DNA of 32,000 bases from Wolbachia endosymbiont of Dirofilaria (Dirofilaria) immitis (GCF_013365455.1 NZ_CP046578.1:780001-812000), one strand, 5' to 3'; counted from the first letter of the stretch, positions 1-10,625 are shown. Notes: generated by a model not told the origin, from the sequence alone. Made by a program: numbers and translations.

Positions 1-386
1 ATATAAATATACCAAATTGTTTAAAATACTTCTACTTAGTGCTAATAGAAAAAGATCATCTTGGAGATTTATTAAATAAATCGATGATAGACACTCTGAT
101 TTTAGGTGATCTGAGAAAGCAAAAACGTCAATTTGAAACAGCTTCTCTAATTAAAAAGAAATAACATAAACCTAGATCATTTTGAAGTTGTTAAACCATC
201 CACAAATTTCAGTACCGTTTACTGTTTTCTGGATAGTTTTCAAAAAGCAAAAGAACCATTTAAATGAGACTTACCTATTCTCAAAAAGCATCATATAGCT
301 AACCACCCAGGAAGTCATTAAACTATTGATAAAACTAGATGACATTTAGTTTTTTAGCAATAATGAATTAACAAGAACTCATTGTA

Positions 387-1541
387 TTATACTCCTAAAA
401 TTAATCTATTAGGATCTTCTATATAATTTTTTATTTTAACAAGAAAAGTTACTGCTCCTTTACCGTCAACTATTTTGTGATCGTAAGAAAGAGCAATATA
501 CATTGTAGGCCTAATTTCAATTGAGTTGCCTACAGCAACTGGCTTGTTCTGTATCGAATGCATTCCAAGTATTCCAGATTGTGGAGGATTTATTATTGGA
601 GTGGAAAAAAGAGAACCGTACACTCCACCGTTTGAGATGGTGAATGTTGCACCTTCCATCTCCGATACTTGCAACTTACCTTCTCTGGCTCTTTTGCTAA
701 GAGCAGCCAAAGCTAATTCGATTTCCGCAAATGATATCTGATCAGCACTTCGAATAACTGGCACAACAAGACCCTTATCAGTGCCAACAGCAACGCCTAT
801 GTCATAGTAATGTTTATATACAATTTCATCACCTGAAATTTCAGCGTTAACTTCAGGAATTTCTTTTAAAGCTTGTACTGCTGCTTTTATAAAAAAGGGC
901 ATAAAACCTAACTTTATTCCATATTTCTTTTCGAAAGTTTCCTTATATTTTGCTCTCAGATTTACTACACTTTGCATATCAACCTCATTAAATGTAGTCA
1001 GTATCGCAGCAGTGTTTTGTGAAGCCTTTAAACGAGCAGCAATTATTTGCCTTATTCTACTCATTTTTACTCGTTTTTCTCTTTGCTTTTCACTTGCTAA
1101 ACTTTTTGGCAGTTCATACATTACAGGCTGTTTTATTTTGCTCATATAGTCATCCACATCTGCTTTCGTTATTCTGCCTCCCATTCCAGTCCCTTTGATA
1201 CTCCCAGTACTGATTGCATTCTCTCCCATAATTTTATAAGCTGATGGAGCGTCTTTTCTAATAGAGGTTTTACCTTGATCTTCTTGTTGTACCTCTATCA
1301 CAGAAAGCTTCGCTAACAATTGACCTGGACTTATTACATCATCTTCTTTTACAAGAAATTCAGTTATTTGCCCTGAAGCTTCTGCAGTTAATTCAAGTGC
1401 TGCTTTGTCAGTTTCAACTTCAAAGATTAAGTCATCTACCTCTACTGTTTCACCAATACCTTTCTTTATTTTGACTATACCTTCCGTGACCGATTCGCCA
1501 CCAAGAGTTTCCGGCGCTCTGATTTCTATAATTTTACCCAT
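387..1541 (-). CDS. sucB: Dihydrolipoyllysine-residue succinyltransferase, the E2 component of 2-oxoglutarate dehydrogenase
   Basis: N-terminal lipoyl domain ([10 protein letters not shown]). Subunit-binding segment ([13 protein letters not shown]). C-terminal acyltransferase catalytic motif ([12 protein letters not shown]). The ORF track begins at a GTG at 1556; I prefer the ATG at 1541 ([11 protein letters not shown]...). Confidence 0.9.
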   Translation of the reverse strand: MGKIIEIRAPETLGGESVTEGIVKIKKGIGETVEVDDLIFEVETDKAALELTAEASGQITEFLVKEDDVISPGQLLAKLSVIEVQQEDQGKTSIRKDAPSAYKIMGENAISTGSIKGTGMGGRITKADVDDYMSKIKQPVMYELPKSLASEKQREKRVKMSRIRQIIAARLKASQNTAAILTTFNEVDMQSVVNLRAKYKETFEKKYGIKLGFMPFFIKAAVQALKEIPEVNAEISGDEIVYKHYYDIGVAVGTDKGLVVPVIRSADQISFAEIELALAALSKRAREGKLQVSEMEGATFTISNGGVYGSLFSTPIINPPQSGILGMHSIQNKPVAVGNSIEIRPTMYIALSYDHKIVDGKGAVTFLVKIKNYIEDPNRLILGV

Positions 1542-2309
1542 AAAACAACCTTCCACAAAAACTTGCTATAATTTTATACATAAAAAGAAGCATACAATAA
1601 ACTAATAAATTTATTTAAGATTAAAAAGAAGCCTATTACAACTTGCTTTTTACTAGTTTAGCCCATGTATGTCAATCTCACTTACAAAGACTACTCTCGG
1701 AAGAAAAAAGATCCTCTACAACTTTTAAGCAAACTTCTTCACTCAGAATTGACAATTCTACCCTTACTCACCGCCAACATTAAACACTGAGTTTTGTAAG
1801 CTTTCCTAAGTAACATATATAAAAAACATTACCTCTTGCATAGTCCAACCATATGTTATAGATCCATTGATTTGCACTAAGACATAACAAAACTCTTCTT
1901 CAAAATCAGCTATTAAATGGATAAATATAAAAAGATCTTTGATCTCCAAAGCGCCAATAGACAAGTACATACACAGTTACTCGTTCCAGGTAAGATAAAA
2001 ATCCAATGAGTGCAGACTAGTTTCTTTTACCTAGCTCTTTGTTAATAACATAATTCTTAGCTAAGACCTTCTGAAAGCCCATAGTAAACTCATACTCCCA
2101 GCTTAAAATTAGGTGAATTAGAGGAAAGAAGCTATTACTTTTTAGTAAAGAATCTACTGCTATATAATCTACAAGGGCTACACAGAATGTATTTCTCCAA
2201 ATTATACAATATCTTAACCGTAAAAATAATTTTACTATATAATGTTTTAAATGTTTTAAAGCTTAAGCTTTATGTTACTATAAATATAGATTTTAAAATT
2301 ACAGATAAT

Positions 2310-2936
2310 ATGATAAACATTAACACGAAGAAACAAATAACAGGAGTTTTCATATATATTACTGGTCTTTTAGGTAGTGGAAGGCTTTCTACAGCAATAG
2401 AATTATCTAACACAATAGACGCACTGATTGTAAACAACAACCTCTCTAATAGTACTCAAGTTCATTCCATATACAATAATATCTTTGAATACGACCAAGT
2501 CCCTGAAAAAGTACAAGATAAAATATACAATATTGTACAAATTATGCTTCAGGTAATAGAAGCTTATCCAATTCATTCAAAAAATTATATATTTATTGAT
2601 GAATTGATGGAAAATAGTGAATACAACACAAGAATATATAACTCAGTAGTAGAACTTAGTAAAAAAATAAACACAAGAATTCTTCCTGTAGTACTTAAGT
2701 GTGATTTACATACACTACAAAAGCGCATTAGATCAAAAAGGCAAAGGGAAAATAAAAAAGTAATCAACATAAACATAAGTAATATTATAAAAAAATTTAG
2801 AACTCATAATTTGTTTATACCACCTAATGCTATAGAGATAGAGAATTCAAATATGAGTATAAAAGAAGTAACTAAGGAAATAACATGTCAGGTATACAAA
2901 CTTAGCCAAATTGATAGGATTTACGTCAAAGGCTAA
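2310..2936 (+). CDS. P-loop kinase-fold protein (AAA_33 / small-molecule kinase-like) with a degenerate Walker A
   Basis: P-loop-like GLLGSGRLST sits about 20 aa from the internal Met at 2310. A Walker B-like hhhhDE follows (NYIFIDEL). There is also a lid-like basic helix (LHTLQKRIRSKRQRENKK). The ORF-track start at 2187 adds 41 low-complexity AT-driven codons and is probably not used. Confidence 0.5.
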   Translation: MININTKKQITGVFIYITGLLGSGRLSTAIELSNTIDALIVNNNLSNSTQVHSIYNNIFEYDQVPEKVQDKIYNIVQIMLQVIEAYPIHSKNYIFIDELMENSEYNTRIYNSVVELSKKINTRILPVVLKCDLHTLQKRIRSKRQRENKKVININISNIIKKFRTHNLFIPPNAIEIENSNMSIKEVTKEITCQVYKLSQIDRIYVKG

Positions 2937-2970
2937 CTTATAATAAATGCATTACATATCAAAGCTCATT

Positions 2971-3570
2971 TTAATAGATAGCCTTAACTTCACCTAATTT
3001 CTGTTTATTTTCTAGTCTGTAATGGGCTAATAGCCCTGCATGACTAGCATTTAATACAGGTAAATTGCAATCCATACACGTAATGCAGTCATCGTTTACC
3101 ATCCCAGCACCTTGATCTAAATATTGGAATTTAGCAATATCATGTACTACAATTGGGTATGACAGTGGCAATAGATTGAAACTAAATAATTGTGTATAAA
3201 CCCCTTGAGCATTTTTAATTATAGCTCTAATGTTTTTTTTGCTATTTGCACAAAGCAATGATATTGCGTATGCCTGAACTTCCAGTGTACTAACTCCATA
3301 TAATGGTTTATCTGTAACGAGATTTATGCCTTTCGCAGCTGATATACCAACTCTAATTCCAGTAAAACTTCCAGGCCCAACCACTACTACTAAATGATCT
3401 ATCTTATCGTAGTTATAGTTATGTTTACTGAATAGAGAATCTAAAACTTGAAAAAACGACTCTGCGTGATTGTTGCTAGTGGAATTGTGTTCTACTAAAC
3501 ACTTACCATTATGATCAATTATCGCTATCGAACTATCAGAACCTACAGTATCGATTGCTAAAATAGACAT
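2971..3570 (-). CDS. tsaB: tRNA threonylcarbamoyladenosine (t6A) biosynthesis protein TsaB (YeaZ family)
   Basis: MSILAIDTVGSDSSIAI start and the VVVVGPGSFTGIRVGISAAKGI motif typical of TsaB/YeaZ; length 199 aa. Confidence 0.85.
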   Translation of the reverse strand: MSILAIDTVGSDSSIAIIDHNGKCLVEHNSTSNNHAESFFQVLDSLFSKHNYNYDKIDHLVVVVGPGSFTGIRVGISAAKGINLVTDKPLYGVSTLEVQAYAISLLCANSKKNIRAIIKNAQGVYTQLFSFNLLPLSYPIVVHDIAKFQYLDQGAGMVNDDCITCMDCNLPVLNASHAGLLAHYRLENKQKLGEVKAIY

Positions 3571-3788
3571 TATTTAAGTTTACCATAGAGCTTCATAAAT
3601 ATCAAAGTAAAGGCACAGTTACCTATAACATAAGCTAAAGTTAACATTAAATCAAACGTTACATATAATGCAGTGATTAATGAGAGCATTTCTTGGGAGT
3701 ATTCAAAACTCTTCTCAAGAATAGATAACATTACTATATTCCTCCTGCCGTAGCTGCAAAATAGTGAACTTAAACAATAAAAAAGCAA
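3570..3788 (-). CDS. Hypothetical 72-aa hydrophobic ORF, possibly translationally coupled to tsaB
   Basis: Its TAA stop overlaps the tsaB ATG (TAATG on the minus strand at 3570). Hydrophobic composition. No recognisable family; it could equally be a relic of a decayed membrane-protein gene. Confidence 0.2.
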   Translation of the reverse strand: MLFYCLSSLFCSYGRRNIVMLSILEKSFEYSQEMLSLITALYVTFDLMLTLAYVIGNCAFTLIFMKLYGKLK

Positions 3789-4443
3789 CTATCCCACCAG
3801 GTAAAAACAGTAGTCGTCAGTATAACAGATAATACTATATTAGGCTGCTTTACGTCTTTTACTTCCTGTAGAGGTAAGTAGTACAGCTACATTACTAAAT
3901 ACCATACTCATTAAATAATAAATGCCTGGCATCATATTGCCTATACTAGTTACCTAACTTATAATCTTGAATGAAGCTGCTGTTTCATACAAGAAAAAAT
4001 ATAGAAATAAGTCACAGATGTTATAATAAAAAAAATTATCAAGTAATCCTTGAATGTTATAGGTAAAGTCTGATCACGCTACCTTTTAAAGGAGCAATGT
4101 TTTTTATACAGCACATTCTATATTAAATAAGCATTCTAGAGGATAAAAACACTCAATCAAACAAGCTATTAAACTTAAAGCTAGATTTAATAAGAAAATC
4201 GTTATAACAAGTAACAACATGAACCTTATAGCCGACTGCCTAAGACAGACTATCAGCACTACAAACATCAACGTAAAAGCAACAAAAATTATAAACAGCA
4301 AGACTAACCATTATAATATTCTCTGATATAACAATATTTTCAAAAGTATAATACAGTTAGCCAACCACTAAGTAAAAAAATATCTAAACCGCTATAATGC
4401 ATTCATTAAAGGCTTAACTTCAACCCAGCCAAAACCATATAAT

Positions 4444-4740
4444 TTAGATCAGTTTTAGACTTTTGATGGTCTCTTCAGCATTAGATTTTACAATATCGAA
4501 TAGCACGAAGTGCCCACAAGAAAAAGAGTTTTTAATGCTCAGAGAAGCATATAATACCAATTTATTCATACTTTTATCTGCAATATCACGATAACTATCG
4601 AAACATGTTAAGCTTAATTTGTGAGAATCAGAACAATAAGTAGTACCTACATTCGTGTAATACATGCTTACTTTACAATCATACTTTTCTCCAAACTTAC
4701 TACCACTAACATATAAAAAAATGCAGTTATAATCGGACAC
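4444..4740 (-). CDS. Hypothetical 98-aa ORF (GTG start) inside the non-coding tract; possibly a gene relic
   Basis: It is the longest open frame in the 3.2-kb tract. Moderately Cys-rich, with no motif I recognise. At this AT content a 98-codon open frame is uncommon but not impossible by chance. Confidence 0.2.
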   Translation of the reverse strand: MSDYNCIFLYVSGSKFGEKYDCKVSMYYTNVGTTYCSDSHKLSLTCFDSYRDIADKSMNKLVLYASLSIKNSFSCGHFVLFDIVKSNAEETIKSLKLI

Positions 4741-6985
4741 TCTTCAGAAGTTTTATCTGCACAATCAGCTGGATTTTCCCTACAAACTCACCAGTTAAAG
4801 CAGCATCTGACAGACCATTTTATAGAAAAGACTAGAAGCAACTAGATTGCCACACTGTAAGTTATTTTTCCCTGACACATAACTGAGCCCTCATTGAAAG
4901 TTAAATCACAAGAGAGATAATAGCTTATTACCTTACTGCTTTAACTTGAGCTTAAGTCTACTATAAGTACTATGAATACTTGATTTAATCTAAAGACCAT
5001 ATTTTTTCATATCTAATAATATCATTCTTTTTCTCATCATCATATAAATCTGCACAGTTTATCCAGTAATTATTTACCACGCAAGCATCAGTATAAATCT
5101 TTAAAGTGCTGATCAACATACTCTGGCTAACTAACTTTTTTTTACCAAACCAATCGATCCAAATTTCTGATTTTTAATGATGAAATACCATCTCCCACAT
5201 TTAACCTTCCATATGGCCTAACACTCTTAGAGTTTATAGCATTAGAGCTCCTACTTTAACACAAAAGCTCTTTAGGTATGTAGATAAACTTACCGTAGAC
5301 AAAAAAGTACAAGTACAAACAACTTAAAATTTTATCTTTAATCTAAATATTAAAAGAATTTTTATTAAAAAGTATAATCAAAATCTGAAATCTATTTTCC
5401 CGTCCAGTTTTGCATAAAATATTTCTTTATCCATCTTTATCCAGAATTACTCTAGCACTACACCATTTTGTAAAAACAATACTAAAAGCAGTGTGATGGA
5501 TAGTAGCTTAACTTCACGAATAAATTAAAACTTTTATGCAAAAAACATAAGTTTAAACTCAACATAAACATAAAGACAACTTTCCAGAAGGCTACTTTAA
5601 CTAAGCGTTGAACTCTATCGCTAGTTTTTAAGCCAATCTTCATAAGCTGTTGATATATCAGATAATTTTTGCTTCAGTTACTGCTCACTGACAGTAAAAT
5701 ATACATGATTAACCACTTTAGATATTCTTTTTGCATCATAATTAACCCCAAAATAAAAGGAAACCTTATTTTGCCAATACACTTAAAAGAATCATCACTG
5801 TAGCAATTTCATAAGAACACTCTATATCAATTTTTATCACACTATCTATCTCATCAAAGTAACTGCCAGATCTAATAACCCCTATAAAACCTTAACTTGA
5901 TGCAGCAAGCGAAGTCTAATATAACACATAGCTCCCAGAAAAGAATTCATATCTTATATATGAAATAAGTCATGATTTTATATTTTTGCTATTAGATACT
6001 TATCCCTAAACACTTCCAATTTATAAAGTGCTAATAATATCACGTATCAATAGCTCATTCATAATCAGCTGTTTCTACACTTATAACACTGACTAGTATC
6101 TTATTAAATACTCTTATTCTTATATTCAATAAACCTCTCGCATCTTGATTAGACCTTTAAATTGATAAAGTTTTTTCCTTATCCTGATAAATAGATGTCA
6201 TGATATCATTTTACAGTCATAAAATCTTCTATACTTCGTTCTATGCAGCGGACCTATAAGTACAATAGATCATAGCTAAATGTTAAAATTTATTACATAA
6301 GAAACATAAACTATAAATCTACTGCCGCTATCTTTTAATAGGAATAAAGCCTTCCAGGTTTCTATATTCTACTCAATTTACTTGACGCTCTATCAACATG
6401 AAAATCACTAATGTATAATAAATGCAACAGCTCAGATAAAAGTAGTGCAAACATAATTTAAACTAAGTTAACAAATCCAGTTATTTTATAATTTTATTGT
6501 CTTCCGCTCTACTGATAACACTTCCGAACAGAGTATTGTATTAATGAGCTTGCATAATATCTTAAGTAACAGCTGCTTATAATTCTCACTAGTCTTTTTG
6601 CCGTTTAGCATGATAAATATAAAAATTTAAAATATAAGATTATAGAACTGTAAAAGCTAGTAATCAGTTCGTTATAAGACATGTAAATATACTTTTCATC
6701 GCCTTTAAAACTGTGATGAGATACTAAAAAGCACATTTCTCATTCTGAACCCATGACACTATTAATATAGTGAATTAATTTATAGAAATAATCTTATAGC
6801 ACTTTGCTATTATTTCACAGATAAATATTTCTACATTTAGTATCTTTCGAAAACTCTCATAAATTTTTAGACGTCCTCACTCTCAAAAAAACATACAATT
6901 ATTATCATTACACAATTTAAAATTGTATCAACTACATGTTGCACAAAAATATACATTACAATATTATTGCAGTAAGTTAAGAATA

Positions 6986-6991
6986 AAGAGG
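6986..6991 (+). promoter_or_regulatory. Shine-Dalgarno-like AAGAGG, 5 nt upstream of the sodB ATG
   Basis: Read directly: aataAAGAGGttagtATG. A possible sigma70-like pair, TTGCAC (6939-6944), a 17-nt spacer, then TATTAT (6962-6967), lies upstream. Such hexamers are common in AT-rich DNA. Confidence 0.4.
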
Positions 6992-6996
6992 TTAGT

Positions 6997-7629
6997 ATGA
7001 CTTTTACTCTACCTGAGTTACCATATAGCAAAACAGCTTTAGAGCCTTACATATCTGCAAGGACATTAAGTTTTCACTACGACAAGCACCACAGAGGATA
7101 TTTAGATAAGCTCAACGAGCTAGTCGAAAATACAAACATAAAAATTGAGGAACTAATAATGAAAGTTCATGAGGATAGTAATAAAGTTAATATATTTAAT
7201 AATGCAGCACAAGTTTGGAACCACACTTTCTACTGGAACTCAATGAAAAAAAATGGCGGCAGTAAGCCTAAAGATAACAGCCTTCTCACAAAAAAAATTC
7301 AAGACGATATTGGCAGTTTTGATAGATTTTATGAAGAATTTTTGAGTTACGGAGTAAGCCAGTTTGGCAGTGGATGGGTATGGTTAGTGCTCGAAAAAGG
7401 AAAGCTTAAAATCACCAAAACTTCAAATTCTAACTTGCCACTAATCTATGGCCAAGTGCCATTGCTTACTATGGATGTTTGGGAACACTCATACTATTTA
7501 GATTGTCAAAATCGTAGAGTCGACTACATAAAAGTTTTCCTTGATCATTTAATTAATTGGGACTTTGCAGAAGAAAATTTAAAAAAAAATATACAAGATG
7601 AGTGCACCACAGGTAACAAAACTAGATAA
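6997..7629 (+). CDS. sodB: Iron superoxide dismutase
   Basis: PELPY, FHYDKHH, AAQVWNHTFYW and DVWEHSYY motifs (Fe/Mn-SOD metal ligands, Fe-type AQxWNH context). About 14 extra C-terminal residues overlap the next gene. Confidence 0.92.
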   Translation: MTFTLPELPYSKTALEPYISARTLSFHYDKHHRGYLDKLNELVENTNIKIEELIMKVHEDSNKVNIFNNAAQVWNHTFYWNSMKKNGGSKPKDNSLLTKKIQDDIGSFDRFYEEFLSYGVSQFGSGWVWLVLEKGKLKITKTSNSNLPLIYGQVPLLTMDVWEHSYYLDCQNRRVDYIKVFLDHLINWDFAEENLKKNIQDECTTGNKTR

Positions 7630-8872
7630 TGGTCTACGCATAATAACTGAGCAGGCATGTGATGCCGATACCATAGCTTTTAACGTACGAGTTGGCGTCG
7701 GAAGCAGAGCTGAGAGCGCGAGTCAAAATGGTATATCTCATTTTCTAGAACACATGGCTTTTAAAGGAACAAAGACCAGGACTGCATTTGAAATTGCAAA
7801 AGTTTTTGATAACATAGGCGGAGTTTTTAATGCTATCACTAGCAGAGAAAGCACTAGTTACTACGCAAAAATTCTCAAGAAAGACATAAAGACTGGCATT
7901 AGCATATTAATAGATATATTAATGAATTCCACGTTTCCAGAAGACGAATTAGAGCGCGAAAAGGGTGTTGTAATACAAGAGATTTTTCAAACTAATGACT
8001 CACCAAGCGACATTATTTTTGATAGGTATTTCGAAGCAGCTTATAAAAATCAGCCATTTGGTAGGTCAATTTTAGGTACGCAGGATACTGTAAAGTCCTT
8101 TAGTCAGGAAGATCTAAATAACTATATAAACGAGCATTACTTTGGTGAGAATATACTATTTGCCGCTGTAGGAAATATTGAGCATAAGGAAATTTCTCAA
8201 TTAACTAAAGACTTTCTCTCAAAGATCCACCACCTAAAGGAGATAAAGAAAAAACAAAATGCAAGCTACACCGGTGGTGAGTATTTAGAATATCGTAAAT
8301 TAGATCAGATATATTTACTAATAGGTTTTCCCAGTGTTTCCCAACATGATGATAGACATCATACATTTCAAGTACTTGATTCTATACTAGGAAGTGGAAT
8401 GTCATCACGACTATTCCAGGAAATAAGAGAAAAACAAGGATTAGCTTACTCAGTCTATTCTTTTAATTCTAGCTACACTGATACAGGAATGTTTTCTATC
8501 TTTGCTGGCACAGATAGCAAAAACTCAGGCAAACTCCTAAAATCCATAGCGACGGAGTTGAAAAAGTTGTCTACAGGCAACTTGAAGGAAGAAGAAGTGA
8601 ATAGAGCAAAAGAGCGAGTAAAATCACAAATTTTGATGTCACGTGAGAGTGTTAGCTCTCGTGCTGAAGCGTTAGGGTACTATTATGGCAATTTTAATAG
8701 ATATATCAGTAAAAATGAACTAATAGAAAAAATTAGCGCAGTTACTACTTCTGACATAAAAAAAGTGGCAAAAGAACTATTATCTCAGCATGAGAAAACC
8801 ACTTTAGCTGCAACTGGAGAAATTAAGTCATTGCCAAACTACGATAAGGTAGTTTCTATGTTTAGAGCTTAG
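7598..8872 (+). CDS. M16-family zinc metallopeptidase (pitrilysin / mitochondrial-processing-peptidase-like)
   Basis: Inverted zinc-binding motif HFLEHMAFKGT (HxxEH) with a downstream Glu region (EREKGVVIQEI). Typical N-terminus VTKLDNGLRIIT. 424 aa. The ATG lies 32 nt inside the sodB 3' end. Confidence 0.9.
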   Translation: MSAPQVTKLDNGLRIITEQACDADTIAFNVRVGVGSRAESASQNGISHFLEHMAFKGTKTRTAFEIAKVFDNIGGVFNAITSRESTSYYAKILKKDIKTGISILIDILMNSTFPEDELEREKGVVIQEIFQTNDSPSDIIFDRYFEAAYKNQPFGRSILGTQDTVKSFSQEDLNNYINEHYFGENILFAAVGNIEHKEISQLTKDFLSKIHHLKEIKKKQNASYTGGEYLEYRKLDQIYLLIGFPSVSQHDDRHHTFQVLDSILGSGMSSRLFQEIREKQGLAYSVYSFNSSYTDTGMFSIFAGTDSKNSGKLLKSIATELKKLSTGNLKEEEVNRAKERVKSQILMSRESVSSRAEALGYYYGNFNRYISKNELIEKISAVTTSDIKKVAKELLSQHEKTTLAATGEIKSLPNYDKVVSMFRA

Positions 8873-9057
8873 GCATCAAAGTATAGACGGTCTTTTTCTG
8901 CGGAGGTTACTTTCAAATCATAATATTTTTATAACTCTATGCTATATACAATAATTATGCAAATGTTAATTAATACAGTAAGTGAATAATTTTGATTGAA
9001 AAATAGTTTTTCTACTATATAAATGCTACTTTGAGGCAATCAAGTTGAGCAGTCAAA

Positions 9058-9579
9058 GTGGGAAATAATAAATATAGCTTAGGTTTAAGGATTATCCATT
9101 GGTTAATGGCTGCTTTCATTATCGGCATGCTTTGCTGTGGGTTTTATATGAAAAGCTTACCGGTTAGTAATGAAATTAAATTCAGTATATACACTGTTCA
9201 TAAAGCTTGTGGGATTACTATCCTCGGATTAGTTGTAATACGCATGTTTTTCCGTGCCTTTAGTCATGTTTCACCACTTTCAGCAAATTTTTCTCGATTC
9301 GAAGTCAATACAAGCAAAGCAGTACATTTTGTTTTATATTTCCTAATGGTAATGACTCCATTATCTGGTTATGTTATGTCTTCTGCTTCTGACATAGAGA
9401 TTAAATACTTCTTTTATATTCCTTTATTAATTAGTAAAAACAAAGAGCTAAGCAATGTAGCCAATAAGCTACATTCAATGTTTGCATACTTTATGATATT
9501 TTTTATAGCATTGCATATATTTGGTGCTCTAAAGCACACATTTGTAGACAAACAAAACATTTTTAAACGCATAATATAG
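9058..9579 (+). CDS. Cytochrome b561 family protein (CybB-like)
   Basis: Four predicted TM helices with conserved His positions (IIHWLMA, TVHKACG, KLHSMF, ALHIFGALKH). 173 aa. GTG start. Confidence 0.8.
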   Translation: MGNNKYSLGLRIIHWLMAAFIIGMLCCGFYMKSLPVSNEIKFSIYTVHKACGITILGLVVIRMFFRAFSHVSPLSANFSRFEVNTSKAVHFVLYFLMVMTPLSGYVMSSASDIEIKYFFYIPLLISKNKELSNVANKLHSMFAYFMIFFIALHIFGALKHTFVDKQNIFKRII

Positions 9580-9584
9580 ATCAT

Positions 9585-10625
9585 ATGTTAAGCAATCTAT
9601 GGAAAAAAGGAGCAAATTTTCTCGGTAGCGATTTTGCAATAATGGGCGGCGCTATGAGCTGGGTTTCAGAGAGAAGTCTAGTTTCAGCAATCTCAAACGC
9701 TGGTGGTTTCGGTATAATCGCATGTGGTGCAATGTCCCCTGATTTACTGAAAAAAGAAATCATGGAGACACAAAAATTAACTAATAAGCCATTTGGCGTA
9801 AACTTGATTACTATGCACCCAAATTTGAGTGAGCTAATAGACATATGCATTGAAACAAAAGTAAGTCACATAGTTCTTGCCGGTGGACTGCCAATGAAGT
9901 CCAGTATAGAAAAAATCAAGAACGTAGGCATAAAGGTAATATGCTTTGCGTCATCACTAAATCTTGCAAAGAGACTAGTAAAAATGGGTGTAGATGCATT
10001 AATAATAGAAGGAATGGAAGCAGGTGGACATATAGGTCCCGTCAGCACTTCTGTTCTTGCACAAGAGATATTACCTCATTTTAAAAATAAGCAAACACCA
10101 GTGTTTGTTGCAGGTGGGATAGGAAGAGGCGAAATGATAGTTAATTACCTGGAAGTAGGAGCAAGCGGCTGCCAAATAGGTACATTATTTGTCTGCACAA
10201 ATGAGTCAATTGCTCATAAAAATTTTAAAGAAGTGTTTATAAAATCAGCTGCACGTAATGCAGTATCTTCTATACAAATAAGTGCTGATTTTCCTGTAAT
10301 TCCAGTAAGAGCTATAGCTAACAAAGCAAGTGATGATTTTATAAAGCATCAAAGAGAAATCATTGATAAATACCAAAAAGGACAGATCTCAAAAGAAGAT
10401 GGACAGCTTGAGATAGAAAAATTCTGGGCTGGAGCTCTAAGAAGGGCAGTGATTGAAGGAGATGTTGAAACTGGGTCTTTAATGGCTGGTCAAAGTGTTG
10501 GCATGGTTGATAGAGAAAAGCCCGTAAAAGAAGTAGTGAATATGTTAATTCAACAAGCAGATAGTTATATTGAAAGCAAATCTGTGGAAGTAGAAAGTCC
10601 AGTAATTAGCAAAGCAAACAGCTAA
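9585..10625 (+). CDS. Nitronate monooxygenase family flavoprotein / FabK-like enoyl-ACP reductase II
   Basis: NMO/FabK hallmarks: AIMGGAMSWVS, ISNAGGFGII, GVDALIIEGMEAGGHIG, VFVAGGIGRG. 346 aa. Starts 5 nt after the cytochrome b561 stop. Confidence 0.85.
   Translation: MLSNLWKKGANFLGSDFAIMGGAMSWVSERSLVSAISNAGGFGIIACGAMSPDLLKKEIMETQKLTNKPFGVNLITMHPNLSELIDICIETKVSHIVLAGGLPMKSSIEKIKNVGIKVICFASSLNLAKRLVKMGVDALIIEGMEAGGHIGPVSTSVLAQEILPHFKNKQTPVFVAGGIGRGEMIVNYLEVGASGCQIGTLFVCTNESIAHKNFKEVFIKSAARNAVSSIQISADFPVIPVRAIANKASDDFIKHQREIIDKYQKGQISKEDGQLEIEKFWAGALRRAVIEGDVETGSLMAGQSVGMVDREKPVKEVVNMLIQQADSYIESKSVEVESPVISKANS

Larger units (their letters stand above)
3789..6996. other. 3.2-kb ORF-poor non-coding tract between tsaB and sodB
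   Basis: Only two ORFs of 60 codons or more appear in six frames (4104-4301 and 4444-4740, both minus, neither recognisable). No RNA gene signature or repeat that I could see. Confidence 0.7.

Noticed and set aside
4104-4301. 65-aa very hydrophobic minus-strand ORF, possibly part of a decayed membrane transporter together with 3570-3788.
   Set aside because: T-rich DNA translates to Phe/Leu/Ile-rich pseudo-TM segments by default. There is no family signature. I keep it only as a weak possibility.
5769-5891. Stop-free minus-strand stretches of 40-55 codons in the spacers, read as evidence of decayed genes. Examples: 5769-5891 GFIGVIRSGSYFDEIDSVIKIDIECSYEIATVMILLSVLAK, and about 21490-21655 [55 protein letters not shown].
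   Set aside because: At this AT content I estimate a stop about every 12 codons. A dozen or more open stretches of 40+ codons are then expected by chance in a 3-kb tract over six frames. None of them has a recognisable motif.
2983-5900. Recurrent 10-mer CTTAACTTCA at 2983, 4413 and 5507, with a 9/10 copy at 5891.
   Set aside because: This was a post-hoc observation. Given the number of possible words and the skewed composition, a few thrice-occurring 10-mers are expected. There is no extended similarity around the copies.
6896-6926. Fur-box-like AATTATTATCATTAC and palindrome ACAATTT-A-AAATTGT (6912-6926) upstream of sodB.
   Set aside because: The match to the Fur consensus half-site is only about 9/12 in AT-rich DNA. 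I am not confident these bacteria encode Fur. The palindrome length is within chance expectation.
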